This document shows, piece by piece, positions 1 to 9,143 of a DNA stretch of 64,000 nucleotides; within the stretch, counting starts at the first letter, position 1, and the number at the start of each line of letters is the position of its first letter. The position numbers and the translations under genes are program-made. The notes below the pieces were generated by a model, which did no database searches, was not told where the DNA came from, and saw only the letters and a list, made by a program, of their open reading frames with translations. The DNA is taken from NCBI GenBank assembly GCA_050248855.1, contig JBFWRP010000025.1, forward strand, positions 1-64,000, read 5' to 3'. Source of the DNA: Planctomycetota bacterium. GTDB taxonomy: Bacteria > Planctomycetota > PLA2 > JAEUHO01.

Positions 1-91
1 CCGCCCTGCGCTTCGGCATGCGCAAGTGCCCATCGGCAAGTTGCGGAAGAATTCCCCGCCTCCGTACGGGCTTTGCCGTCGGCATGAAGAA

Positions 92-149
92 CTGACACCG
101 TGCCACCGTCGCTTCGCTCCGAGGCACGAGTTCAGACACCTCCGCGCGC
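92..149 (-). repeat. Partial copy of repeat family A (GGTGTCTGA...GGTGTCAG hairpin element)
   Basis: The reverse complement gcgcgcggaggtgtctgaactcgtgcctcggagcgaagcgacggtggcacggtgtcag closely matches the first ~60 bp of the 179-bp units at 38798-39155. Confidence 0.85.
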
Positions 150-1133
150 GGTGCCGAGCTCGAGGACGGCGGAGGTTTCCTCGACGAAGTCGTCGATGGA
201 GCGGCGGATGCGGACGCCGGGCCACAGGAACTCGGCGACCTGGTCCGCCGGGCGGTACACCGCCGTGTAGAGCGTGCCGAAGCCGCCTTCGTAGTCCGTG
301 CTACGGAGCGGCGGCTCGAGAAACGAGCCGATGAAGGACTCGGGATCGAGGTCCCGGTCGGCGATCCGCTCGACCAGCACGCGCTCGCGCTCGATCGTCG
401 CGCTCATCTCGGCATGCGCGGCCCACGTGACGCGACCCTGGTGGTTGGTCGTGACGGGCACGCGCTGCAGACGGGCGGGCTGGCCCGGCGCCGTGAAGGC
501 CGTCACGAAGTCCCCCGTGCGGTCCATCACGAGCACGTTGTACGCCATGTGCGTCGGCACGCGGCGCAGCACCGTGGCCGCCTCCCCCACCGTGCGACAC
601 GTCTCCAGCAAGTAGCGCAGGATCACGGGCGCACCGAAACCCGCACCCACGGCACGGCGCCCGCCGAAGTTCAGCGACACGCAGAACCCGTCTTCGTTGA
701 TGCCGTCGAGCGCCCCGAACAGGCCGTCCGTGCTGGCGATCACGCCGCGGCCGTTCCACGCCGTGCGCAGCACGATGCCTTCCCAGAGCCGCGGCGCGAA
801 GTCGTAGTTGCGCACCAGGAACGGGTCGTCGCGCCCCCACGCCGCTTGCGCGCAGCCCACGATCACGGGCGGCGGGCGCCAGCCGCTCAGGAAGCGCGCC
901 TGGAGGTCTCCGCCGCCTACCGCCTCGCAGGCCTCCCGCCAGGCCGGCACGAGCTCGGGAAGGTGCGTCTCGAGCGCCCGCTCGCACTCGAGGTAGCCCG
1001 GCCTGGGGCCGGCCCCCTCCGAGAGCCACCAGCGCTCGTACCACGGCCAGAGCCGTTCGAACGTACGCGACCACCACGCGCCGGGGCGCGCCTCGCTACG
1101 GAAGCGGACGAGGAGCTCGCGCGGCGCGACCAT
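132..1133 (-). CDS. C45 family Ntn-hydrolase (autoproteolytic acyltransferase/peptidase)
   Basis: G|CAQ autoprocessing site, RNYD, DGINEDG and TNHQ motifs; ATG at 1133 lies 1 nt after the upstream stop. Confidence 0.85.
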   Translation of the reverse strand: MVAPRELLVRFRSEARPGAWWSRTFERLWPWYERWWLSEGAGPRPGYLECERALETHLPELVPAWREACEAVGGGDLQARFLSGWRPPPVIVGCAQAAWGRDDPFLVRNYDFAPRLWEGIVLRTAWNGRGVIASTDGLFGALDGINEDGFCVSLNFGGRRAVGAGFGAPVILRYLLETCRTVGEAATVLRRVPTHMAYNVLVMDRTGDFVTAFTAPGQPARLQRVPVTTNHQGRVTWAAHAEMSATIERERVLVERIADRDLDPESFIGSFLEPPLRSTDYEGGFGTLYTAVYRPADQVAEFLWPGVRIRRSIDDFVEETSAVLELGTARGGV

Positions 1134-1134
1134 G

Positions 1135-2610
1135 TCAGAGGATCTTGAAGCCCCCGCCGTCCAGTGCGATCGGCGCCGCCTCCAGCTGGGGCGCCTCCAG
1201 GCCCTGGCCGACGTAGTGCGCGCGGATCCCCTCGATCCATGCACGGGCACGCCCGTTGAGCTCGAAGTCGTCGGTCATGAGCCGGCCGCGCGTGACGAGG
1301 ATGCCGAGGTCGGCGCCCTCGTAGCGGTAGTCACCGGGCCCGGCGATGCGCAGCCAGAAGGCCTCGCGCTCCGTCTCCACGGCACGGCGGTGGTAGTCGA
1401 AGCGGCGCCAGGCCACGCTGCCGTCGTCCTTCATGTGCCAGATGCCCGTCTCGGGCGCGGCCAGCACCCGATCGACGCTGTCCTCGGTGTGCTTGACGAC
1501 CAGCTGGCTCCACGAGTCGATGTTGTCCGGGTCGGCCCAGCGCGCGTTGAGGGCGTCGATGTCCAGCTCGAAAGGCACGTCGCTGAACTCGAGCAGGTGG
1601 AACAGGAACAGCGGCGCATCGGCGTGGGCGAACGCCGCGTGGTTCGTCATGCTGCTGGCGCCGGTGATGCGGGGGTTGAGTTCACCCAGGTAGAGCTGCT
1701 CGTTGTCGAGATCGATCAGGAAGTCGAGCTCGAAGTAGCCGCGGTAGCCCTCCGCACGCAGCTGCTCGCCGAAGCGGAACGTGTAGTCCACCGCCTGCTG
1801 GCGCAGGGCCGGCGTGAACGCATCGGCGAAGATCTCGTTGCCGCACCAGCCGCCGCGGTAGGGCGTCAGGAGCGGGAAGCCCACCAGCTCGGTCATGAGC
1901 GGGCCCACGATGGTGCCGGCTTTCGTCGTGCAGGCCTCGATGGCCGATCCGCGGCACGCGATGCGCTTCATCACCTTGACCTCGGGCTCGGCCTCGATCT
2001 CCTCGGCGTGTTCGGCATAGTCCTCGGGGCCGTCGATGAAGAAGGTGGTGTGGCCGCTGTCGCCATAGGCCGTCTGCACGACGAGACGCTCGCCGAGGTT
2101 CGCCGAGACCCTGCGCAGCTCCTCATAGGAACCGACCCTGGCCAGCACGTTGGGGACGCTCGGGACACCGGCCTTGTCGCCGATGCGAACCGTCTCGACC
2201 TTGTTGTCCACGCGGCGGCGTAGCGACGCCGGCGGGAACCACACGTCCAGCCCCAAGGACCGGGCGGCCTCCTCGGCGCGCTCGTCGAACATGAGGAACA
2301 CGACCTTGCCGTCGGTCGTGTTGCGCTCGCGGCCGCGGCGGCGGACGTACTCCACGACTTCCTTGTGCTGCAGCAGCCACGCCACGATGTCCTCGATGCT
2401 CTCGAAAGGATCGTGTGGCGTGCGCGACGGCACGAACGTGTTCGGGTGCTGCCCGTCGTAGCAGTCGATGTAGTTGATGTGCCGGAAGTTGCGCACCCAC
2501 TCGTCCACACCGAGCAAGTTGAAGTTGGTGGCGCTGACGAAGTAGATCGGCGTCTCGTTGCGGTGGAAGAAGCGCCGGATGTCCGAGATTCCCTTGAGTA
2601 CCTTCTTCAT
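1135..2610 (-). CDS. ATP-grasp fold ligase ('biotin carboxylase-like', unknown substrate)
   Basis: DNK, YGDSGHTTF loop, GYFELDFL and GELNPRITG ATP-grasp motifs. Confidence 0.85.
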   Translation of the reverse strand: MKKVLKGISDIRRFFHRNETPIYFVSATNFNLLGVDEWVRNFRHINYIDCYDGQHPNTFVPSRTPHDPFESIEDIVAWLLQHKEVVEYVRRRGRERNTTDGKVVFLMFDERAEEAARSLGLDVWFPPASLRRRVDNKVETVRIGDKAGVPSVPNVLARVGSYEELRRVSANLGERLVVQTAYGDSGHTTFFIDGPEDYAEHAEEIEAEPEVKVMKRIACRGSAIEACTTKAGTIVGPLMTELVGFPLLTPYRGGWCGNEIFADAFTPALRQQAVDYTFRFGEQLRAEGYRGYFELDFLIDLDNEQLYLGELNPRITGASSMTNHAAFAHADAPLFLFHLLEFSDVPFELDIDALNARWADPDNIDSWSQLVVKHTEDSVDRVLAAPETGIWHMKDDGSVAWRRFDYHRRAVETEREAFWLRIAGPGDYRYEGADLGILVTRGRLMTDDFELNGRARAWIEGIRAHYVGQGLEAPQLEAAPIALDGGGFKIL

Positions 2611-5366
2611 CGCGCTGCCTCCTCCAGGACCGACTCCTTGAGGACGCGCAACCCCAGGTCGGGCCGGTACCCATGCACCTCGCGCATCTCGAGCGCGCGC
2701 AGGTACTCCAAGATCTCCTCGCTCACGACCTGTCCAGGCACCAGCAACGGGAACCCGGGCGGATAGGGTGTGAGGAACAACGCAGCGACGACGTCGCGCC
2801 CGCGGGCCATCTCGGCCTCCAGCGCCCCACCCATGCGCAGGTACTCCACATGGGCCTCGTCGGCAGCCAGGAAGTAGGCCCGACGCATGTCGCCCTCGGG
2901 CGTGTCGCCCGCGAGACCGGAGCGGAAGGCGTCATGGAAGCGACTGAAGTCGGGCAAGGGCGGCAGGTTGTCGCGCAAGTCGCGGGCCGCGGCGGCAAAG
3001 GCAGCGCGCTCCGGGGGGCCCAGCTCCTCGACTCGCTCGTCCAGCCCGTGGGCGACACGCGTGAGGACGTCGATGAGGTGCGCCACCGACGACCGCGTCG
3101 TCCCGATGTGGGTCATGAACAACACGGTGTTGCGCGACGTCTTGTTGACCTGGATGCCGTGCTGGCGCATCAGGATGTCGTGGCGGAACGACTCGCCCTG
3201 CACGCCCGTGGCCGCCACGTCGAGCGTGAGGCGGCTCGGGTCCACGACGAACTCGTCCTGGGCCCAAGCGTCTTCCATCGCCGCCCAGCCGCGCTCGGGG
3301 TGGTAGTAGCGGTCCATCCCCGAGGCGCGGAACTTGGCCGGCACGAGGTCCTTGGGAGCCAGGAACCGGAACCAGCGTCGGAGCAGCGGGCTCGAGATGA
3401 TGCGCTGGCGCAAGATGAACGCGAGCTCGAGCTGCTTCTGCACCAGCTCGAAGCCCTCCAGCTCGACCTGGCGGCGACCGACGTCCAGGCTGGCCAGGAT
3501 CTGGTAGTTGGGCGATGTGCTCGTGTGGGTCATGAACGCGTCGCGGAACGCGTGCTCGACGTCCGGCCAGTCCTGGTCGTGGACATGGATCATGGAGCCC
3601 TGGCGCAAGGCGGTCAGCGTCTTGTGCGTGCTCTGCGTGACATAGACCCGTACGCGGACGCGATCGGGGTCCGGCAGCATGCTGCGATCCGTGGCGGCCG
3701 CGTAGCGCTCGCGGTACGCGGCGCTCTTGTACCGCTCGCGCAAGATGCGCGCGCACTCCATGCCCGTTCGACTGCGGTACATGGGGGAGAAGCGCGCGAA
3801 CGCGAACCACGCCTCGTCCCACAGGAAGGCGAGGTCCGGCTTGATCGCCAGGCAGGCCTCCATGACCTGCTCGGGGTGGTAGACGATGCCGTCGAACGTG
3901 CAGTTGGTCAGTACGATCATCTTGACGCGATCGAGTCGGCCGCAAGCCTCCAGGCGCCGCAAGGTGTCCACGATCGTGGAGCGCGGCACCGCACCGTAGA
4001 TGGACCATGCATCCAGCGGATAGCTGTCCAGGTAGATCACGTGGGCGCCCGCCAGCACCATCGCGTAGTGATGGGACTTGTGGCAGTTGCGGTCGACTAG
4101 TGCGATGTCGCCCGGCCGCAGGAGCGCCTGGGACACGATCTTGTTGGCCGTGCTGGTGCCGTTGGTGACGAAGTACGACTTGCGGGCGCCGAAGGCACGC
4201 GCGGCCAGCTCCTGGGCGTCCTTGATGGTGCCCTTGGGATCGAGCAGGCTGTCGAGTCCCCCGCTCGTGGTGCTGGTCTCGGCCAGGAAGATGTTGAGGC
4301 CGTAGAACTCGGCCATGTCGCGGATCCAGTTGGACCGGACGACGGACTTGCCGCGCGAGATGGGCAGGGCGTGGAACACGCCCGTGGGCTGCCCTGCGTA
4401 GGCGCGCAGCGCCGAGAAGAAGGGCGTGCGGTGGCGTGAGGCTATGCCGCGCAGGATGCTCAGGTGCAGCTCCAGGAAGTCCTCCTGGCGGTAGAAGACG
4501 CGCCGGAAGACGTCGCTCACGTCCTCGTCCAGCTCCTCCACGGACACGTCCGTGACGAGGAAGAGGTCGAGCTCGGGGCGCAGACGGCGCAGGCAGCGTC
4601 CGAGCAAGAGGCCGCGATCCTCCGCCGTGGCGGCCTGCACGGTGGCCTCGTCCAAACCCGACAGGTAGCCCTCGAGCACCTCCAGGCGGTGCCGCGACGC
4701 GAACGGGAAGTCGTAGCGAACGACCACCGTCTGGATGTTGAAGTTGAACAGGACGGCGATGACGGCGTCTTCGAAGCTGGGCACGATCACGACGTCGTAG
4801 ACAAACTCGTCCTCGTCACGGCGGATGGCGTGGAGCCCCGCGCGCACCGCGGTCTCTTCGGCCGACGTCAGGTTGTCGACGATCAGGACCTCGAAGTAGG
4901 GCCGGTCCCGGCCGTGGACCCCCTCGGGGCGAGCGGCTTCGTCCGACGCGTCGACCTCCGCGATCTCCTCGCCGTTCTCCCCCGGCAAGAGGGGCACATG
5001 GCGACGCCGGTAGGAGTGGCTGGTCAGCGCGCGGACGATGCGGTTGGTCAGCGTGGACGCCGCCTCCAGGTCGCCGCGCTCGAACTGCCGCACGAGATGC
5101 TTGAAGGCCTGGGGTCCGGGAAAGGCCCAGTAGCTCTCGACGGGCCCCAGCCGGGCCAGGGCCTCGGCCGCCTGGGTCTCCAGCGCCCGTCGATCCGCCG
5201 CCGTCGCGCCGCCGGCCAAGCGGGCCAAGGTGCGCTTGAGCTCGGCCCAGGTGTCGCCGCGCAGGCGCGCGGCGTGGTAATGGGCGCTGAGCGAAGGCCG
5301 CGGGCTGGGCTCGGACTCGGCCGCCGCGGCCGGCGGCGGCTCGGCAGGCGTGGGCGACTCGCTCAA
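2607..5366 (-). CDS. Long-form PLP-dependent Orn/Lys/Arg-family amino acid decarboxylase with N-terminal extension and receiver-like wing domain
   Basis: FVTNGTSTANK, DRNCHKS, DEAWFA, TQSTHKTL (PLP lysine), TSTSPNY and PYPPGFP motifs; TTG start overlaps the upstream TGA and is preceded by GGAGG. Confidence 0.85.
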   Translation of the reverse strand: MSESPTPAEPPPAAAAESEPSPRPSLSAHYHAARLRGDTWAELKRTLARLAGGATAADRRALETQAAEALARLGPVESYWAFPGPQAFKHLVRQFERGDLEAASTLTNRIVRALTSHSYRRRHVPLLPGENGEEIAEVDASDEAARPEGVHGRDRPYFEVLIVDNLTSAEETAVRAGLHAIRRDEDEFVYDVVIVPSFEDAVIAVLFNFNIQTVVVRYDFPFASRHRLEVLEGYLSGLDEATVQAATAEDRGLLLGRCLRRLRPELDLFLVTDVSVEELDEDVSDVFRRVFYRQEDFLELHLSILRGIASRHRTPFFSALRAYAGQPTGVFHALPISRGKSVVRSNWIRDMAEFYGLNIFLAETSTTSGGLDSLLDPKGTIKDAQELAARAFGARKSYFVTNGTSTANKIVSQALLRPGDIALVDRNCHKSHHYAMVLAGAHVIYLDSYPLDAWSIYGAVPRSTIVDTLRRLEACGRLDRVKMIVLTNCTFDGIVYHPEQVMEACLAIKPDLAFLWDEAWFAFARFSPMYRSRTGMECARILRERYKSAAYRERYAAATDRSMLPDPDRVRVRVYVTQSTHKTLTALRQGSMIHVHDQDWPDVEHAFRDAFMTHTSTSPNYQILASLDVGRRQVELEGFELVQKQLELAFILRQRIISSPLLRRWFRFLAPKDLVPAKFRASGMDRYYHPERGWAAMEDAWAQDEFVVDPSRLTLDVAATGVQGESFRHDILMRQHGIQVNKTSRNTVLFMTHIGTTRSSVAHLIDVLTRVAHGLDERVEELGPPERAAFAAAARDLRDNLPPLPDFSRFHDAFRSGLAGDTPEGDMRRAYFLAADEAHVEYLRMGGALEAEMARGRDVVAALFLTPYPPGFPLLVPGQVVSEEILEYLRALEMREVHGYRPDLGLRVLKESVLEEAAR

Positions 5367-6274
5367 GCTTCCTCCACGGACCTCCCGGACCCACCGAGTG
5401 GGCTCCCAGGCGGGGGGATCGTACCGCGGCGCGGAACCGTGAGGGGACCGAGGCTGTCGAGGTACGCGGTCGACTCGTGGTTGGGTCGGTACACCGAGAA
5501 GTCCACCGCCCGGTCGCGGAAGCTCTTCAGCTGCTGCCCCAGGCCGAACAGACCCTCGGAACGGCCGTGCGTGGCGGCTTCCACGTTGAAGTGGAAGGGG
5601 AACATCTCGGCCCCGCTGCCGGCTTCGTACACCACGGTTCCGGTCGGTCGAACCACGATGGACCGCCCGTAGCCTCCCGAGCCGACGCCGTTGACATCGA
5701 TCACGTAGCACTGGTTGATGGCCGCGGTGGCGCGGGCGATCGACAGCTCCACGTCGCGGTCCACCGTGTTCGTGAGCGACGGATGGAGCAGCACCACGGC
5801 GCCCATCGACGCCAGCGTGCGCGTCGTCTCCGGGAACCACATGTCGTAGCAGATCGAGAGGCCGAAGCGCCCGACCTCGGGCACGTCGAACACGCAGAAC
5901 TCCGTGCCCGAGCTGACGCCGGCCTCGTAGGGCCGGAACGGGAACATCTTGCGGTAGCGCTTGACGACGCGCCCCTCGGGGTCGATCACCGGGGAGGTGT
6001 TGTAGATGCGGTCGCCGGCGCGCTCGAAGATCGAGCCCGGGATCAGCCAGATGCGATGCCGGCGGGCCAGCTCCTGGAACCGTGTCTCCGCCGGACCGGG
6101 CAGGGTCTGCGCGTGTTCCAGCGAGGGTCCGAAGGCCGCGAGCTCGCTGAAGACGACCATTTCGACCCACGGGAACCGCAGCATGAGCACATGCAGCTGG
6201 TCGGCCATGGCCGGGATGTTGTCGTGCCCGAAGTGGACGGGCATCTGGATGCCCGCGATGGCGAACTGGTTCAT
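5363..6274 (-). CDS. Carbon-nitrogen hydrolase (nitrilase superfamily amidase)
   Basis: FSEL, YRK and ICYDMWFPE giving the E-K-C catalytic triad; ATGA overlap with gabT. Confidence 0.88.
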   Translation of the reverse strand: MNQFAIAGIQMPVHFGHDNIPAMADQLHVLMLRFPWVEMVVFSELAAFGPSLEHAQTLPGPAETRFQELARRHRIWLIPGSIFERAGDRIYNTSPVIDPEGRVVKRYRKMFPFRPYEAGVSSGTEFCVFDVPEVGRFGLSICYDMWFPETTRTLASMGAVVLLHPSLTNTVDRDVELSIARATAAINQCYVIDVNGVGSGGYGRSIVVRPTGTVVYEAGSGAEMFPFHFNVEAATHGRSEGLFGLGQQLKSFRDRAVDFSVYRPNHESTAYLDSLGPLTVPRRGTIPPPGSPLGGSGRSVEEA

Positions 6275-7608
6275 GCGCTGGCCACGGCCTCCCGCAAAGA
6301 CGCCTCGAGGAGGTCCAGGGCCTCGTCGACGTGCGCGTCGGGCGCCGTCAGCGGCAGCAGCCAGCGCAGCGCGTTGCCGTACAAGCCGCAGCCGAGCAGG
6401 ATCAGGCCCTTCTCGAGCGCGAGCTCCCGCGTGCGCGTGACCAGCTCGGGCCACGGCGTGCGCTCGGCGCCCGGGTGCATCAGCTCGATGGCACACATGG
6501 CGCCAAGCCGGCGCACGTCCGCCACGGCCCCCATCCCGGGCTCGGCCGCGAGCTTGCGCAGGCGAGCCTCGAAGCGGGCGCCTTGGGCCTCGGCGCGCGC
6601 CAGGAGATCCTCGTCCTCGATCACGTCGAGCACGGCCAACGCCGCGGCACAGGCCACGGCGTTGCCGCCGTAGGTGCCGCCCAGGCCGCCCGGCGGCACG
6701 GCGTCGACGATCTCGGCCTTGCCGACGACGCCCGAGAGCGGGAGGCCCGCGGCCAGGCTCTTGGCCACGGTCGTCAGATCGGGCACGACGCCGCTGTGCT
6801 CGGTGGCGAAGAGGCGCCCCGTGCGCGCGAAGCCGCTCTGGACCTCGTCGGCGATCAGCACGATGCCGTGCTCGTCGCAGAGGTCGCGCAGCGCCCGCAT
6901 CAGCTCGGGCGGCGCCGCGTAGAAGCCCCCCTCGCCCAGCACGGGCTCGAGCAAGATCGCGGCGACGTGCCAGGGGCCGCAGTCGACCTTGAAGACCATC
7001 TGGATGGCGTCCAGTGCGTCGGCCACGCTGACGCCGTGGGGCGCCATGGGGTAGGGAACGTGCCAGACGCCGCCCGGCAATCGACCGAACGCCGTCTTGT
7101 AGGGCGCCACCTTGCCCGTGAGGGCCATCGTGTAGAGCGTGCGTCCATGGAAGGCGCCGCCGAACGCGATCACGCCTTCGCGTCCGGTGTGCGCCCGCGC
7201 GATCTTGATGGCGTTCTCGACGGCCTCGGCGCCCGTGGAGAAGAGCACGGCCTTCTTCGGGAAGTCGCCCGGCGCCTTGGCCACCAGCCGCTCGGCCAGC
7301 TCGATGTAGGTGGGATAGGCCAGCACCTGGAACGCCGGATGGACGAGCTGGTCCAGCTGCTCGGCGACGGCGGCCTGCACGGCCGGATGGCGGTGGCCGA
7401 CGTTGAGCGTGCCGATGCCGCCGGAGGCGTCCAGGTAGCGGCGCCCCTCGACGTCCCACAGCTCGGCGTTCTCGGCGCGATCGGCGATCACCGGGTAGGT
7501 GCTGGCGACGCCGCGCGCGACGACGGCGTTGCGCCGCGCCCACCAGGCGGCGTTCGTGGTCTCCGTGGCCGCCGCGGGCGACGAGGACGAACCGGGCGAG
7601 GGGGTCAT
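6271..7608 (-). CDS. gabT: 4-aminobutyrate aminotransferase (class III PLP)
   Basis: TGAEAVENAIKIAR, FHGRT, EPVLGEGG, DEVQSGFARTG, AKSLA and GGTYGGN motifs. Confidence 0.9.
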   Translation of the reverse strand: MTPSPGSSSSPAAATETTNAAWWARRNAVVARGVASTYPVIADRAENAELWDVEGRRYLDASGGIGTLNVGHRHPAVQAAVAEQLDQLVHPAFQVLAYPTYIELAERLVAKAPGDFPKKAVLFSTGAEAVENAIKIARAHTGREGVIAFGGAFHGRTLYTMALTGKVAPYKTAFGRLPGGVWHVPYPMAPHGVSVADALDAIQMVFKVDCGPWHVAAILLEPVLGEGGFYAAPPELMRALRDLCDEHGIVLIADEVQSGFARTGRLFATEHSGVVPDLTTVAKSLAAGLPLSGVVGKAEIVDAVPPGGLGGTYGGNAVACAAALAVLDVIEDEDLLARAEAQGARFEARLRKLAAEPGMGAVADVRRLGAMCAIELMHPGAERTPWPELVTRTRELALEKGLILLGCGLYGNALRWLLPLTAPDAHVDEALDLLEASLREAVASA

Positions 7609-8981
7609 GGCTGCACTCCCACGGACTTGATGTTGACGAAGGCGCGGATGCCGGGTGCGGCCAGCTCGCGGCCGTAACCCGACTCCTTGATGCCGCCGAA
7701 GGGCAGGCGTGGGTCGCTGCGCACGAAGTCGTTGACCACGCAGCAGCCGGCCTCCAGCCGATCACGCGCAATGCGCTCGCCACGTGCGACATCACGCGTC
7801 CAGACCGAGGCGCCCAGGCCGAAGGCGGTGCCGTTGGCGATGCGGATGGCATCGTCTTCGTCCTGCGCGCGGATCACGCTGGCCACGGGCCCGAAGAGCT
7901 CCTCGTCCCACGCCGGCATGCCGGGCGTGACGTCGGCGAGCACCGTCGGCGGGTAGAACGCCCCCGATCCGGACGGCACCTCGCCGCCGAGCACCAGCCG
8001 CGCGCCGGCCGCGACGCTGGCCTCGACCTGGCGGTGGAGCTCGTCGCGCAAGTCGACGCGGGCCATCGGCCCGAGGTCCACCGTCGGGTCGGCCAGCGGA
8101 TCGCCGAAACGCTTGGCGGCCATGCGCGTCGTGAACGCGTCCAGGAACGCGTCGTGCACCGCCTCCACGGCCACGAAGCGCTTCGCCGCGATGCAGCTCT
8201 GCCCGCTGTTGAGGAGGCGTGACGCCACGCACGCAGCGGCGGCCTTCCCGAGGTCGGCGTCCTCCAGGATCACGTAGGCATCGCTGCCGCCGAGCTCGAG
8301 CACGCTGGGCTTGAGGGCGCGGCCGGCGGCCTCGCCGACGGCACGGCCCGCGCGCGTGGAACCGGTCAGCGTGACGGCGGCGATCTCGGGCCGCGCAATC
8401 AGGTCGGCCACCACGTCCACGTCCACGCGCAGGCTCGTGAAGAGCCCGGGGGGCAGGCCCGCCTCGCGGAAGACGTCCTCGATCGCCTCCGCGCAGCCGA
8501 ACACGTTGGGCGCGTGCTTGAGCAGCCCCGCGTTGCCGGCCATCAGCGTGGGCGCGGCGAAGCGGAACACCTGCCAGAAGGGGAAGTTCCACGGCATGAT
8601 CGCGAGGACGGGTCCGAGGGGCCGACAGGCCACGAAGGCCCGCGGTCCACCCAGGTCGACCGCCTCGTCGGCCAGGTAGCCCTCGGCCTGGTCGGCAAAC
8701 CAGTCGCAGACCCAGGCACACTTCACGACCTCGGCTTCACCCTGGGGCAGGGGCTTGCCCATCTCCTCGGCCATCAACCGGGCGTAGGGCCCGGCCCGCC
8801 CGCGCAGGACCTCGGCAGCCGCCCGCAGCACGGCGGCGCGCTCGCCGAACGGGCGCGCCGCCCAGGGCCGCCAAGCCGCGGCCGCGGCGGCCACGGCCGC
8901 CTCCACCTCGGCCGCCCCGTGGGCCGGGTAGGTGCGCACGACAGCGCCCGTGGAGGGGTTCAGGGAGGCGAAGGACGACAT
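7605..8981 (-). CDS. gabD: NAD(P)-dependent succinate-semialdehyde dehydrogenase (Sad/GabD1 type)
   Basis: IMPWNFPFWQ, TGST, ELGGSD, NSGQSCIAAKR, EELFGPV and PFGGIKESGYGRE motifs. Confidence 0.88.
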   Translation of the reverse strand: MSSFASLNPSTGAVVRTYPAHGAAEVEAAVAAAAAAWRPWAARPFGERAAVLRAAAEVLRGRAGPYARLMAEEMGKPLPQGEAEVVKCAWVCDWFADQAEGYLADEAVDLGGPRAFVACRPLGPVLAIMPWNFPFWQVFRFAAPTLMAGNAGLLKHAPNVFGCAEAIEDVFREAGLPPGLFTSLRVDVDVVADLIARPEIAAVTLTGSTRAGRAVGEAAGRALKPSVLELGGSDAYVILEDADLGKAAAACVASRLLNSGQSCIAAKRFVAVEAVHDAFLDAFTTRMAAKRFGDPLADPTVDLGPMARVDLRDELHRQVEASVAAGARLVLGGEVPSGSGAFYPPTVLADVTPGMPAWDEELFGPVASVIRAQDEDDAIRIANGTAFGLGASVWTRDVARGERIARDRLEAGCCVVNDFVRSDPRLPFGGIKESGYGRELAAPGIRAFVNIKSVGVQP

Positions 8982-9143
8982 GTCGCGATCCGGGGGCACG
9001 AGGGCGCCGTACACGTCAGGTGCGGGTCGCCGCGGGCATTGCCGACCATCATGGAGCACGCGCACGAACCCCCCGAGGAATGCCGCGCCGACGCGCCCCG
9101 GCATCCGGCGGACGCGACGCAAGACGCCTGTACAACGCCCGCC

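Noticed and set aside
5367..6170. N-terminal extension making the decarboxylase 1187 aa
   Set aside because: Overlaps the nitrilase gene in another frame; the TTG at 5366 has an RBS and stop-start coupling
6275..7852. Apparent 829-aa nitrilase fusion ORF
   Set aside because: The upstream part is an alternative frame of gabT/gabD; the real start is the ATG at 6274
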